Origin: Polyangiaceae bacterium
GTDB lineage: Bacteria; Myxococcota_A; Polyangia; Polyangiales; Polyangiaceae
Reading direction: 5' to 3'
NCBI GenBank assembly: GCA_033763455.1
Contig: JANRKO010000049.1
Location: forward strand, 1-57,964
Length of the DNA stretch: 57,964 bases
Within the stretch, counting starts at the first letter, position 1. Every line of letters starts with the position of its first letter. Of the stretch, positions 41,089 to 51,780 are shown one piece after another. Under the pieces are notes generated by a model. It saw nothing but the letters and a program-made list of their open reading frames with translations. It ran no database searches and was not told the DNA's origin. The position numbers and the translations under genes are program-made.

Positions 41089-43568
41089 AGGGCCGGCTAG
41101 CCTTACTAGCCCCGTTGGTGGTTGGGGCAGGGACGGCGTTAGCCTGCTTGTCCAATGATTCGGTGATGCCCCCGCGTTCAGCTCCCCCGCGATCACGCCC
41201 GATTTTCTCAGGTATTCCGATCGGGCGCACGGTGCCAGTGAGTGAACAGGGGCGGATGGGGCTGGACCGATTCGCACCGTTCTTGGCGCGTCCGCGTTTC
41301 GCGGCCGTGAGGGTTGCGATTGAAGAGGCTAACTATGAAAATGCTGCCAACGAGCTCGAAAGCCTCAGCAGCGCGGCTCCTGGGGGCCCGGATGATGCGG
41401 CGCGAGTCCAGTTTCTGTTGGGACGTCTGCGCGAAAAATCAGGCAATCTAGCGAGTGCGGCAGGGCATTTTCAGCTCGCCAAGGTCGAGGGGTTTCCACT
41501 CGCTGGCTATGCGCGCATCTCACGCGCCCGCACTCTGTTCGGGCTAGGGGAGGGCGATTTGGCGAGGGGCGAGCTCGACGCCCTTCGGGCTGATGGGCCC
41601 GTGGGGGCCGAGAAGGATCGACTCGGGGCTAACATCGACGCACGCTTGGGGAAATTCGATCAGAGCTTGGATGTGCTGCGACGCATTACCGACGTTGCTG
41701 AGCCTGACACCGAAACACTTCTGAAGCTTGCCGAGGTGTTGTTGGCATCCGCCTCGCCTTCCAATTCAAAGTTTAGCGGAAGAGGCGAAGCCGCTGGAGC
41801 TGCCGGGGAGCAGGGCATCACTCCAGGTGGATTCAACGCTGCGGTCACTGTTGAGCGGAGCAGGGAGGCGCTGAAGTGCGTCAGGCGAGCGCGAAGCCTC
41901 GCCCCCGATGATTCGCTCGTGGGCAAACGTGCACGGGAATTGGAAGAGCGCGCTCGCGCAAGCTTAGCCCTGCAACGCGCGGAATTTGACCCGAAGCCAT
42001 CCCTCGAGGAACGGCGGCTAGCGCTATCTGTAATGGTGCAACGTCGCCTGTTTAAGCAAGCCGCGGAAGAGGCCACACTCATTGAAAGCGCGCTCACGCC
42101 GCGCGAACGATTTACCCAGGTTGGCTGTGAAGTTGCGCTGCTTCATGCCAAAGCGCTTGCGGGGACAAAAGACTACAGCAGAGCGACAGATCTTCTCACA
42201 GATCCGATACTCATGTGCAAAGGAGACGTCGATTTTCGTGCGCGACTTCTCTATCTGGCGGCCAAGTATGGGGCAGCTGCGGGGCGGCATGCCTTTGCCG
42301 CGCGCACCTACCAACAACTGGAGATCGAAGCACCGAAGCACAGTCTCGCCGATGACGCGCGCTTGCGTGCAGCGCAGAGTTATCGAAAATTGGGCTCCGA
42401 CGCGCGTTTCGTGGAGCTTCTGAGCACCATTTTGGACGACTACCCAGATGGTGACTCCATGTTAGATGGGGTTTTCGCACTCGCATTGAGCCGGATCGAA
42501 AACAACGATTGGCCCGCTGCCGCCGCTACCCTGGAGCGTGTCTACGAGCGCGCAAAAACCGATGATCACGGTCGTGGTCAGGAGTTCGCTGGCAGGGAGC
42601 GCTACTTCAGTGCCCGCGCTTGGATTGAGGGTGGGGAGCTGGCACGTGGCTTGGCTGAATATGAGACCATTATCGATGAATTGCCGTTCTCCTATTACAT
42701 GCTCCACGCCTATTCGCGCCTCATGGAGCTCGACCCAGCGCGCGCCGCAGGTGCTCAGCAGCGCGCCCTCTTGAGAGCACGGGAACATGCATTCTCTTTC
42801 AAAGATCGCCCTGAATACGCCGCGCCAGGCTTCGTGCGTGCCATGGAGCTCCTGGGTCTTGGGGAGGTGGAGTGGGCGAAACAGGAAATTGTCGCGCTGG
42901 GCCTGGATCGCCCTTCAGCTTCACCAGGAGCTCTCTGGGGTGTAGCGCTTATGTACGATCGAGCCGGCGCTCCAGGCCTCGCGCACAATATTGCGCGAGG
43001 CTTACTGACTGATTGGCTTGAGCACTGGCCCGGTGGCGATTGGGAACAGGCTTGGAGAATAGCATTCCCGACACCCTACGCGGAGCTCGTCGAGCGGGAG
43101 TCCAAAAGAAGCGGCACGCCGAAGTTCCTCACCTACGCCATTATGCGCGAGGAGTCTGCGTTCGATCCAGAAGCCACGAGCCCGGCGAACGCGTTTGGGC
43201 TGATGCAGTTGATTATCCCCACGGCCAAGATGGTGGCCCAGCCTCTCGGGCTTCCCTACGATTCGCGCTCCCTATTTCGCCCGGCTATCAACATTCGATT
43301 GGGGTCGCAGCTGCTCGGGACGCTAATGAAAGATTTCAAGGACAATCCACTGTTGGCGATTCCAAGTTACAACGCCGGGGCATCGCGAGCTCGCGAGTGG
43401 AAGAAGGCGCGGCCGGCGGTAGATTTTGACGTTTGGGTTGAACTCATTCCTTTCCATGAAACACGCCGTTACGTGAAACGCGTACTGGTGAGCAGGGCGG
43501 CCTATGCTTGGCTCTACGAAAATAGCCGTGCCAACGAAGCATTGCTGCTCCCACGGAAGCTGAACTAG
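41085..43568 (+). CDS. Lipoprotein lytic transglycosylase (Slt-type, TPR-like superhelix plus SLT domain)
   Basis: Lipobox ALAC; AIMREESAF, AFGLMQL, SYNAG and ETRRYVKRV. Confidence 0.92.
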   Translation: MKGRLALLAPLVVGAGTALACLSNDSVMPPRSAPPRSRPIFSGIPIGRTVPVSEQGRMGLDRFAPFLARPRFAAVRVAIEEANYENAANELESLSSAAPGGPDDAARVQFLLGRLREKSGNLASAAGHFQLAKVEGFPLAGYARISRARTLFGLGEGDLARGELDALRADGPVGAEKDRLGANIDARLGKFDQSLDVLRRITDVAEPDTETLLKLAEVLLASASPSNSKFSGRGEAAGAAGEQGITPGGFNAAVTVERSREALKCVRRARSLAPDDSLVGKRARELEERARASLALQRAEFDPKPSLEERRLALSVMVQRRLFKQAAEEATLIESALTPRERFTQVGCEVALLHAKALAGTKDYSRATDLLTDPILMCKGDVDFRARLLYLAAKYGAAAGRHAFAARTYQQLEIEAPKHSLADDARLRAAQSYRKLGSDARFVELLSTILDDYPDGDSMLDGVFALALSRIENNDWPAAAATLERVYERAKTDDHGRGQEFAGRERYFSARAWIEGGELARGLAEYETIIDELPFSYYMLHAYSRLMELDPARAAGAQQRALLRAREHAFSFKDRPEYAAPGFVRAMELLGLGEVEWAKQEIVALGLDRPSASPGALWGVALMYDRAGAPGLAHNIARGLLTDWLEHWPGGDWEQAWRIAFPTPYAELVERESKRSGTPKFLTYAIMREESAFDPEATSPANAFGLMQLIIPTAKMVAQPLGLPYDSRSLFRPAINIRLGSQLLGTLMKDFKDNPLLAIPSYNAGASRAREWKKARPAVDFDVWVELIPFHETRRYVKRVLVSRAAYAWLYENSRANEALLLPRKLN

Positions 43569-43578
43569 GATCTGCCCC

Positions 43579-44154
43579 ATGTTGCTGAACTCAAATGGTG
43601 AAATGCCCATCGGTATGGCCATGCCAAGCTTCGCACTGCCAGATACCGTCTCCGAGAAGATGGTTGCATCGTCGGAGTTCGCCGGCGAGCCACTCGTGGT
43701 GGCCTTCTGGTGTAACCATTGCCCATACGTAAAACACATCCGCAACGAGTTCGTTCTATTTGCTCGCGAGTGTGCCAAACAAGGTGTGCGCGTTGTTGCG
43801 ATAAGTTCAAATGATGAGGTGAAGTATCCCCAAGATGGGCCCGTGGCGATGGCAGCTGAGGCTCGGAGCGCAGGCTACGAATTCCCTTACCTGTTTGATG
43901 CGAGCCAAGAAACAGCGAAGGCGTTTGGCGCCGCGTGCACGCCAGACCTGTACCTGTTCGATGCAGCTGGGAAGCTCTTTTATCACGGCCAATTCGACGA
44001 AAGTAGGCCGAGTGCTGCCGTGGCCGTTACGGGGAGCGATCTTCGCGGTGCAGTTGCTCTTCTGTTGGCAAATCATTCGCCCCCGAGCCGGCAGCGGCCG
44101 AGCGTCGGATGCAGTATCAAGTGGCGTCCGGGCAACGCTCCTTCCTACGCGTAG
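43579..44154 (+). CDS. Thioredoxin-fold (AhpC/TSA-like) protein
   Basis: CNHCPYV, AISSND, FPYLFD, ACTPD and GCSIKW. Confidence 0.9.
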   Translation: MLLNSNGEMPIGMAMPSFALPDTVSEKMVASSEFAGEPLVVAFWCNHCPYVKHIRNEFVLFARECAKQGVRVVAISSNDEVKYPQDGPVAMAAEARSAGYEFPYLFDASQETAKAFGAACTPDLYLFDAAGKLFYHGQFDESRPSAAVAVTGSDLRGAVALLLANHSPPSRQRPSVGCSIKWRPGNAPSYA

Positions 44155-44240
44155 TGCGCGATTTTCTCGAAAGTGGCGAGCGAGCAAACGTTGAGGGTGG
44201 CAGAGGGAAGATTCGGGGCAGTCGAGACGTTGCCTGAGGA

Positions 44241-44825
44241 TCACGTCAGGGCTGCTGAAAATCGGTCCGTACCGATCAGCAGCGACCGAGCGAGCAAGGC
44301 GCCCATGAGTTCTTTCGGTGTAGAGGCCACTACCAGTACTTCTCGGTGTTGTTCTGCGATGAAGCCCTCCTGAACAGCGTGGTCAATCAACAAAAGAAGA
44401 GGATCAAAATATCCCGCCACATTGAGCAACCCTACTGGCTTGTGAATGAAGCCAAGCTGAGCCCAGGTTACCACCTCGAATAGCTCCTCCAGTGTTCCAA
44501 GGCCGCCAGGCAGAGCAACGAACGCATCGCTCCTGGCTGCCATCATCGCCTTTCGTTCGTGCATGTTCTCAACGACAACAAGCTCTGTGAGCCCTGTGTG
44601 CATGACCTCCGACGTCGCCAGAGCGCGAGGAATCACGCCCAGCACCGAGCCTCCGCAGCCGAGCGCGCCATTGGCGGCGTGGCCCATGAGCCCGATGCTG
44701 CCACCCCCATAAACGAGCCCCAAACCTCGATTCGCGATATCGGTGCCGAGCTCGCGGGCCGCCTCAGCGTAGGCCGGAAGCCTGCCCGAGCGTGCTCCCG
44801 CAAAAACACACACAGCCTTCATCAT
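44241..44825 (-). CDS. LOG family nucleotide phosphoribohydrolase (TIGR00730-like)
   Basis: LVYGGG..GLMG, MHERK and PGGLGTLEE. Confidence 0.92.
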   Translation of the reverse strand: MMKAVCVFAGARSGRLPAYAEAARELGTDIANRGLGLVYGGGSIGLMGHAANGALGCGGSVLGVIPRALATSEVMHTGLTELVVVENMHERKAMMAARSDAFVALPGGLGTLEELFEVVTWAQLGFIHKPVGLLNVAGYFDPLLLLIDHAVQEGFIAEQHREVLVVASTPKELMGALLARSLLIGTDRFSAALT

Positions 44826-45030
44826 GGGTGGGGAAACACTAGTGCCGCTGCAGCCTCCTGAGAAGACGCTCGCCCGCCAACGGGCCCATGGTGAGTGGAG
44901 ACGGATTGCTTCAAATTGCTCGTGGCCCTGAGGCCCAATGTGTGCGAACAGAGTACTTAGCATGCTAAGTACTCGTGTGGGCGCGGGAGATACTTATTCC
45001 GAACGGTTGGATGGCGGTGAGAGTTGTGGT

Positions 45031-46068
45031 GTGCAGGCTGGAGCGGATGTTTTTATCGCTCTTGGCTGCATGTTGGGGTTGGTGGCGGCATTTCTTTCGC
45101 AAACAGCCGCGGCGGAACCTTCCGGGAGCGTGGTCGATTCGGCGCCATTTCAAGTTGTCGATCTGCACGTCGACCTGCCCTACCAGTTTCTTTACGAAGG
45201 GCGGCCGTTTGACGAAGGTGCCGGACAATTTCAATCCAAGAGTTTGCTCCGTGCAGGAGTATCTGGGGTTGTGTTGCCGCTATTTGTGCCCAATCGCGTT
45301 CGCAGCGAAGGGAGACGGTTAGCCGACTTTGAACAGAGCTACTCGCGCGTTTTCGATCAGCTGATCCACCACGCGGTGTTCCTACCTCCAGGTTGTTACT
45401 CGCACCCCGGACGCGTACGAACTTGGTTCTCGTTTGAAGGCGTTGGCCCATTCAGCCCAGCGGATGTCCTGCCCTGGGCGGCCCGGGGCGTGAGGATTTT
45501 TGGGCTGGTGCACAACGAAAACAACGAGCTTATGAGCTCGGCTGCGGTGCCTCATGATTTTGGTATCACGGAGCGCGGCCGTGCGGTGATGCGGGAGATC
45601 GCAAAAGTGCACGGGCTGATCGACGTGTCTCATGCATCCGACGAAGCTGTGCTCGAAGCTACAGCCTACGCGAAAGAGATCGGTGCTGTCGTTATTGCCA
45701 CTCACTCGAACTCTCGCGCTTTGGCCGCTAATCCGCGCAATCTGTCCGATGCTCTCATGCTTGCGATCGCCAAGACTGGCGGCGTCATCGGGATGAATTT
45801 TCACCAACCCTACGTGGTAAGGGGGCGTGCCGCCGCGCTCAAAGATGTGGTGACGCAGGTCCAGCACGCGCTCAGCGTCGTGGGTGGGCGCCACGTTGCG
45901 CTGGGTTCTGACTTTGAGGGGGATATTCGCCCAGCGGTGGGCTTGGAAAACGCTTCGTCCTATCCTGCCCTGGCTCGCGCCCTCTTGGATGCTGGGATCA
46001 AGGAGGCGACCGTTCGCGACGTGTTCGGGAAAAATGCGTTGCGGCTGCTGTGCGGTGAGGGATTTTGA
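45031..46068 (+). CDS. Membrane dipeptidase (peptidase M19)
   Basis: DLHVD, SFEG, IDVSH, ATHSN, RNLSD and LGSDFEG; start uncertain. Confidence 0.85.
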   Translation: MQAGADVFIALGCMLGLVAAFLSQTAAAEPSGSVVDSAPFQVVDLHVDLPYQFLYEGRPFDEGAGQFQSKSLLRAGVSGVVLPLFVPNRVRSEGRRLADFEQSYSRVFDQLIHHAVFLPPGCYSHPGRVRTWFSFEGVGPFSPADVLPWAARGVRIFGLVHNENNELMSSAAVPHDFGITERGRAVMREIAKVHGLIDVSHASDEAVLEATAYAKEIGAVVIATHSNSRALAANPRNLSDALMLAIAKTGGVIGMNFHQPYVVRGRAAALKDVVTQVQHALSVVGGRHVALGSDFEGDIRPAVGLENASSYPALARALLDAGIKEATVRDVFGKNALRLLCGEGF

Positions 46069-46112
46069 GCTTCCGACGTGCCGGTGAGTGATGCTATGAG
46101 GAGGTGTTTACC

Positions 46113-46655
46113 ATGACGATCGATCAAACACCGTTTCTCGACGCCTTTCCCACTTGGCTTAAGTCTTTGCCCGAAGACGTGCGGGGTTTAGCTGACATGT
46201 TGGGGCGGGAAGGCTTGGACCAGGGGTCTGCGCAGCAGCTGGCCGGCGCTTTGAACTACCTGTTTCGCTCCCTCGATCTGATTCCGGATGGCATTGAAGA
46301 TCTAGGATTTGTAGACGACGCGTTCGTGTTGCGCGTCGCCGCCGCCGACCTCGTGGGCGACATGTTAGGCTCTGAGGAGCTTGTAGAAAAACTCGCGGCA
46401 GAGGCACAGGTTATTCGCGAATTTCTGCAGGACGATTACGCCAAGTTGGAGGCTTTCGTGGCTGGCCTTGGAAGCATGGCAGTGCGGGGCCGTTCCGTGG
46501 AAGCTATCGTCGCCGAATCAGGTGTTCGCGATGAGTTCTGCGCAGAACTGAAGAGCTGGGCAGATACGTTTTCGCCGCCCAGCTTCACGCGGGATCCACG
46601 AACCTTGACCAAGCTCCGGGCATTTTTGCACGCCAAGCTGGCCAAGCAGGGCTAG
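46113..46655 (+). CDS. YkvA/DUF1232-domain protein
   Basis: YLFRSLDLIPDGIEDLGFVDD; GAGGAGG RBS upstream. Confidence 0.8.
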   Translation: MTIDQTPFLDAFPTWLKSLPEDVRGLADMLGREGLDQGSAQQLAGALNYLFRSLDLIPDGIEDLGFVDDAFVLRVAAADLVGDMLGSEELVEKLAAEAQVIREFLQDDYAKLEAFVAGLGSMAVRGRSVEAIVAESGVRDEFCAELKSWADTFSPPSFTRDPRTLTKLRAFLHAKLAKQG

Positions 46656-46751
46656 ATTTCGCGCGCGGGGATGGCCCATCGGACCGGGGGCCACGGTGCT
46701 AGTAGGGGAGCGTCGTTGCGAGGGAGGCGCCGCTGAGCTGAGGAGCTCCCG

Positions 46752-48476
46752 TTAGCTGAGGGAGCCGCCGTTAGCTGAGCTCTTGCGGGGTGGTGTCGGT
46801 TGGGAGACGGAAAGCTCCATCAACTGGGTCATAAGGTCGCGACACTCGGGCTTGCCGTTGAGATGATTGGACAGCGCGGTTGCGGCGTCCTGGAAGTCTT
46901 TCTCAAGCGTGAGCCCTTCGCGCGTCTTGGTCGCGACTTTCTCGCGGCCGAGCGCCAGATCTTCTTCCAAGGCTTCTGCGTAGCGAGCTAGCTGGACCCG
47001 CAGATCTTCGATTTGTCGTCGCAAATCGCGCGCGACTTTCTCGCGCCCTTCGCGGCGCTGGCGGCGGGTGAGGAGCCATTGCTTACGTGCTTCGATGAGC
47101 GCCGCGGCCGCCCCCGCTTGTTCATAAATGGCGCGAGTGCCGGTACCTGCGCGCTCGGCTTGGTTGGCTTCGGCTAGCTTTTGCTTGCCAGAGTGTTCGG
47201 CGGCATCAGCTTCCACCTGCGCCTGATTCTCTTCCTCTTGGTACGCCGCAGCTTCGCGTAGCGCGCGGGATTCTTCCTGCGCCAGCTCTTCCACCTTGCG
47301 TCCGATTTCTGCACGCAGTGCGCGCCCGCGCCGCTCCAGGGCCTCAAGCTTGCGCGTGTGGCTTGCCAATGCTCCCTCTAGCCCGTTCGCTTTGGCTGCT
47401 ACGTCCCACAACTTGCTCAATGCTGAACCAACATCAGGCGGCACGCTTCCAGAGGGGTGCGCGCGGGAAACCATTCGAGCGAAAAAACCTGCGCGTGTGG
47501 CCCATTGCGTGACATCCGCCGAACGTGACGGCGGTGGCGGTGGCGGCATTGCTGGCGCTTCAGTGCCCTCTTTTTCCCATGACGTGGTGTTGGGCAGGGA
47601 GCGCTGCAGCGCTTTCAGCTCTTCGAGCAGGTGATGGCCATCACGGTAGCGCTTGCGGGATTCCTTCTCCAGCAGGCGCAAAATGATGCGTTCTGCATCG
47701 GGATGACAATCTTTGCGCAGGCCAGATGGCTTGGGCGCTGGCGCCGTGCGTTGCATTTCGAGCAGAGTGTCGCGGTCAGCGGCACGAAACGGGAGCTGGC
47801 CAGTGAGCATCTCAAAAAACAAGATCCCGAGGGCGTATAGATCCGAGTGGGGGCCGGCCTGTTCTCCGCGCGCCTGCTCTGGAGACATGTATTCGGGGGT
47901 ACCAAATACGGCGCCTTTGGGGGCAAGCCGCGGATCATGCGCTAGTGCGGCCAACCCGAAGTCGAGGATTTTCACGAAGTCTTTTCGACCACCTCGCGCA
48001 GTGAGCAAAATGTTGTCGCTCTTCAGATCGCGGTGCACCACGCCAAGATCGTGGGCACGCGATAGCGCGGCGCCCATTTGCTCGATGATGTCGACCGCCC
48101 GCTGAATGGGCATTTGCCCGCGGCCAATTTCTGTGGAAAGCGCCGTGCCCACGAGGTACTCCATCACCAAGTAGAGCTCGCCATCGTCGGTTTCCCCGAT
48201 GTCGTGGATGTCGATGATGTGAGCGTGGTCTACACGGTTCGCGGCCCGTGCCTCACGGAGCATCCAAGCTCGAAGGTGCGTTTCGCCGCGCAGATCGGGC
48301 CGAATCAATTTGACGGCCACGACACGGTCGATGAGGACATGCCGTGCCCGGTAGACAATTCCCATACCCCCTTCGCCGATGCGGGCTTCCAGGCGGTAGC
48401 GCCCGGCTATCACTTTGCCCAATGCTGGATCGTCGCTCGCTTTAGTGCGGATGGGTCGGGGTGCGGGTTGTGCCAT
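46752..48476 (-). CDS. Cytoplasmic Ser/Thr kinase with C-terminal coiled coil
   Basis: GEGGMG, VAVK, HRDLKSDN, DFG and GTPEYMSPE; long E/R/A-rich helical tail with no TM. Confidence 0.92.
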   Translation of the reverse strand: MAQPAPRPIRTKASDDPALGKVIAGRYRLEARIGEGGMGIVYRARHVLIDRVVAVKLIRPDLRGETHLRAWMLREARAANRVDHAHIIDIHDIGETDDGELYLVMEYLVGTALSTEIGRGQMPIQRAVDIIEQMGAALSRAHDLGVVHRDLKSDNILLTARGGRKDFVKILDFGLAALAHDPRLAPKGAVFGTPEYMSPEQARGEQAGPHSDLYALGILFFEMLTGQLPFRAADRDTLLEMQRTAPAPKPSGLRKDCHPDAERIILRLLEKESRKRYRDGHHLLEELKALQRSLPNTTSWEKEGTEAPAMPPPPPPSRSADVTQWATRAGFFARMVSRAHPSGSVPPDVGSALSKLWDVAAKANGLEGALASHTRKLEALERRGRALRAEIGRKVEELAQEESRALREAAAYQEEENQAQVEADAAEHSGKQKLAEANQAERAGTGTRAIYEQAGAAAALIEARKQWLLTRRQRREGREKVARDLRRQIEDLRVQLARYAEALEEDLALGREKVATKTREGLTLEKDFQDAATALSNHLNGKPECRDLMTQLMELSVSQPTPPRKSSANGGSLS

Positions 48477-48708
48477 GCGTGCCAGTTAGAGATGTGGGGG
48501 AACGACCAAGTGGCTGATACCACTCTGATTCACTCATGTTACGGCAGCTGTTGGAGCGAACAAAGGGGGCGGCAGCGTGAACTCGAATCGCAAATGCACT
48601 TCTGCTCTGCGAGGTGTCGGCACACACACTCACATCCCGCTCGCGGGCCGTTTCGACAAAGTTCTTATAGGTGTGAGTGATCGGGCAGCCGCAGGTTGCG
48701 CGGCGCCA

Positions 48709-49335
48709 TCAGAAAAACCAGTTAAGAACCGGAAGATTCCACTGCGCGCGTTGCGCGACCCCGAACTGGTCCAGTTCGCTGCGCGTAAACACGGGCGATA
48801 GCCCCACTGCGGGGACACTTAAGCTCACCACTTCATCACCGACCGCCACTAGCGCCGGCGGAACGACGGCCGCAACTTGGCGCTGCGAATGCGCTCGCCG
48901 CGCGTGAGAACTACCCTTCGACTGAGCGCGTGGTGGCTCAGCAACCGGCTCATCTGCCGGCCCGCGATCTTGAATGTCTCCAGTCGGGGGCTCGTACGCA
49001 CGCGCGTTGAGGACGGCTACTGTCGTGGGTATGGCAAGCAACAACCCACCCGTGAACAGGAACATGTTCGTCTTTGCGCTGGCGGACTGCTCAAGAAAAT
49101 AGCCGCCCACACCGCCGCCGGCCGCACCGCCCAAGCCCCCGACGATGTACGCCCAGGCGGGCTTCACGTCAGCTGCCGCTTCAACTGCTGTGACCAACTC
49201 GCCCCCGAGCAGCGCGCCACCCGTAATACCCAGGCCTGTGGGGGTGGCTTCCGGAACACCCGTTGCCCAGGCAGACATGGGAACTAGGGAAGCGACCGTT
49301 AAGGTGAAGGCGGCCAGATAAGGGGGTCTTCGCAT
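48709..49335 (-). CDS. Hypothetical secreted/membrane protein with glycine-rich hydrophobic segments
   Basis: Signal peptide ending AWA, Gly-zipper-like segments and terminal Phe. Confidence 0.6.
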   Translation of the reverse strand: MRRPPYLAAFTLTVASLVPMSAWATGVPEATPTGLGITGGALLGGELVTAVEAAADVKPAWAYIVGGLGGAAGGGVGGYFLEQSASAKTNMFLFTGGLLLAIPTTVAVLNARAYEPPTGDIQDRGPADEPVAEPPRAQSKGSSHARRAHSQRQVAAVVPPALVAVGDEVVSLSVPAVGLSPVFTRSELDQFGVAQRAQWNLPVLNWFF

Positions 49336-49518
49336 AGGATCTCCAAAGACTTCTGTTGCAAGGCAACAGGGAAGCTCGCAAAGCATATCACCTTGCACCC
49401 TTGAGGGAAGGGGCCGTACGACATTGGAGGCCGCTCAGCGTCGACCTGCCACCCCGGCTCCACGGTCGGGGTACGCCATGCGGCGACGTGGGCCCATTGC
49501 GGCGATACACTTGGATTC

Positions 49519-50457
49519 ATGCGGGCTTTCGCACACGCGGCTCTTGCGATCTTGCTGAGCGGCGTGGTGGTGGGCACGGCCTGCAGCCTGTTGCTGCTCG
49601 CTCGCCTGCAGCCTTGGTGGGGAAGCGTGCCTGTGAGTGTGCTCTGGCCGCTAGCCCGAGCCTTGTTATTTCACGCTTTCGAATGGACTTCCCTGCTCGC
49701 GGTCCCCCTCGGTGTGGGATGGTTTTCTGGGGTTAGGCACGAGCGCCCGCTGCTTCCGATGTTGTTGCTCTTGGCTTTGATGAGCGCCGTGCAATCGACC
49801 GTGCTGACGCGTGCCTATCAGGAATCTGAGGCGCCAGGGCAGCTCGTGCAGAAACTGATCAGTGAGGGGCGAGAAAGCTGCTTCAAGGAAGAGAGCCGCC
49901 AGGTGGCCATCCCGATTGTCGGCCTGAGTTGGAAGTGTGCGGACTCGCCACCGCGGCTCTCGGGCAAACTCGACCCCTGGGGCGCCTCGTTCAGCGCGCA
50001 ATCGCTTCGGCCAAGTGACGATCTTCGATCTTTTGAGCTCGCTGGCTTGGCCCTCCGCCTACGGGCGCCTGGATTGGGAGAGGCCAATATTCGTGCTCGG
50101 CAGGCTTCCATTTCCGGCCTGCGATCTTGGGGGAGGCCCACATCTAACCAGTTCGTAGGTCGCGTGCCATTCGTCGCCGCGTCCACTTGGGCCTTGGCGT
50201 GGCTAGGGTGGCGCTTTTCGCAAGCTGGTTCACGAGGCCGGCGCTGGCTTGGCCTTGGCTGTGCGCTTGTGCCTGCGCTCACTTTCCTTTTTGGATACCT
50301 TTGGCTCGATCAACACAATGGCCCGGGGTGGGCCTATTGGTCGTTGCCCGTGGGTCTAACGCTTGCGAGCGAAGGTTTCTTGCTCCTTGCAGCGTGGGTG
50401 GCCCTCCGAGTTAGCGCGCAGCGAGGAACCAGCCCGAAGCTAACCAACCGGCAATGA
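49519..50457 (+). CDS. Hypothetical membrane protein (about 3 TM + soluble loop + 3 TM)
   Basis: Hydrophobicity pattern only; topology loosely resembles LptF/G. Confidence 0.5.
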   Translation: MRAFAHAALAILLSGVVVGTACSLLLLARLQPWWGSVPVSVLWPLARALLFHAFEWTSLLAVPLGVGWFSGVRHERPLLPMLLLLALMSAVQSTVLTRAYQESEAPGQLVQKLISEGRESCFKEESRQVAIPIVGLSWKCADSPPRLSGKLDPWGASFSAQSLRPSDDLRSFELAGLALRLRAPGLGEANIRARQASISGLRSWGRPTSNQFVGRVPFVAASTWALAWLGWRFSQAGSRGRRWLGLGCALVPALTFLFGYLWLDQHNGPGWAYWSLPVGLTLASEGFLLLAAWVALRVSAQRGTSPKLTNRQ

Positions 50458-50770
50458 AGCACAGCCCGCCCAACGGGGTGATCATCCCAAGCTGGCGAAA
50501 CCCTGTAACCGCAAGCAGGTACAGAGACCCCGAGAACAGCAGGATACCTGCCAAGAAAAGTGAGGCTGGCCAGGCTATCGAGGTTCCCGTGGAGCGGGCG
50601 AAGAGCGCTAGGGCGAAAAGCACCACCGCATGAACCAGATGATACAAGGTCGCGGTTTGGTAGATGGCCAAGAGGTCTGGGTTGAGGCGAGACTTGAGGG
50701 CGTGGGCTCCGAACGCTCCACAGCCGACCGCTAGTGCCCCAACCATCGCGGAAATCCAGAGCCAGCGCAT
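50411..50770 (-). CDS. DUF423 (YgdD/TMEM256) membrane protein
   Basis: GAFGAH, YHLVHA, FSGSLY and ITPLGG. Confidence 0.9.
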   Translation of the reverse strand: MRWLWISAMVGALAVGCGAFGAHALKSRLNPDLLAIYQTATLYHLVHAVVLFALALFARSTGTSIAWPASLFLAGILLFSGSLYLLAVTGFRQLGMITPLGGLCFIAGWLASGWFLAAR

Positions 50771-50868
50771 TCGGTGGGCATAACTCCCGCCCCTAAACGC
50801 TGCAACTAGGCCTGGAACTGGGCAGTTTGGTGGCACGAACCTGGGCCTTGAGCTAGCGTCGCGCCGGT

Positions 50869-51780
50869 TTGACGACAGACTCCGCGGTCCCCGGCCCCTT
50901 TGCTAGCGCACTTCCACCCGTGAAGGAGGGCTCGCTTGCGCGTCATCTTATAACGCTCACTAAGCCGGCGATTACACGCATGGTGCTCGTGACGATGATG
51001 TGCGGCGCCCTTTCGGCTCCTGGGCACATTGCGTGGAGCGTTCTGGCCCTTGCGATGCTTGGTACTGTCTTGGTGGTGGGTGGTGCGAACGCCCTCAACA
51101 TGTACTTGGAGCGCGAGAGCGACAAACACATGAAGCGCACTCGCACTCGGCCTTTGCCAGCTGGCCTTTTAGCGCCTTCGGTGGCTCTTACCTTTGGGCT
51201 GGCTCTTGGCCTTTTTGGTACGCTCCTTTTGGCTTTAGCCGTGAACCTCGTAACGGCAGCGCTCGCCGCTTTTGCTCTGGTGAGTTACGTGTGGATCTAC
51301 ACCCCGCTCAAGCGCGTAAGCCCTTGGGCGCTTCACGCGGGGGCCGTGCCCGGCGCCATCCCTCCGGTTCTTGGGTACACCGCGGTGACCGGTCGGGTTG
51401 ACGCCTCAGCTTTTGCGCTCTTCTTGATCCTCTTTCTCTGGCAGATCCCACATTTTCTGGCCATCTCCATCTTTCGCCAGTCCGAGTACGAAGCTGCGGG
51501 GATTCGTGTGCTTCCTGCCGTGAGTGGGTTGCCACATACCGTAGGGGCCGTTGTTTTTTATTCTCTGATACTTGTGCTTGGTACCTTGGCGCCCCTTTGC
51601 GTAGGGTTGGCTGGGCCCGTTTATGCGGTAGTGGCGCTCACTTTTGGCAGCGTTTTTATGCTGTGGGCGCTCATTGGGCTCAGAGCGGCTTCCACCGTTG
51701 GGTGGGCCCGCTCGCTGTTTTTTGCTTCGATGCCGTACCTCATCGCGCTGTATGCAGCGATTGTTGCGGTTAATGTGTGA
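50869..51780 (+). CDS. ctaB: Protoheme IX farnesyltransferase (heme o synthase)
   Basis: LTKP, NMYLERESDKHMKRTRTRPLP, YTPLKR, GAIPP and WQIPHF. Confidence 0.95.
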   Translation: MTTDSAVPGPFASALPPVKEGSLARHLITLTKPAITRMVLVTMMCGALSAPGHIAWSVLALAMLGTVLVVGGANALNMYLERESDKHMKRTRTRPLPAGLLAPSVALTFGLALGLFGTLLLALAVNLVTAALAAFALVSYVWIYTPLKRVSPWALHAGAVPGAIPPVLGYTAVTGRVDASAFALFLILFLWQIPHFLAISIFRQSEYEAAGIRVLPAVSGLPHTVGAVVFYSLILVLGTLAPLCVGLAGPVYAVVALTFGSVFMLWALIGLRAASTVGWARSLFFASMPYLIALYAAIVAVNV

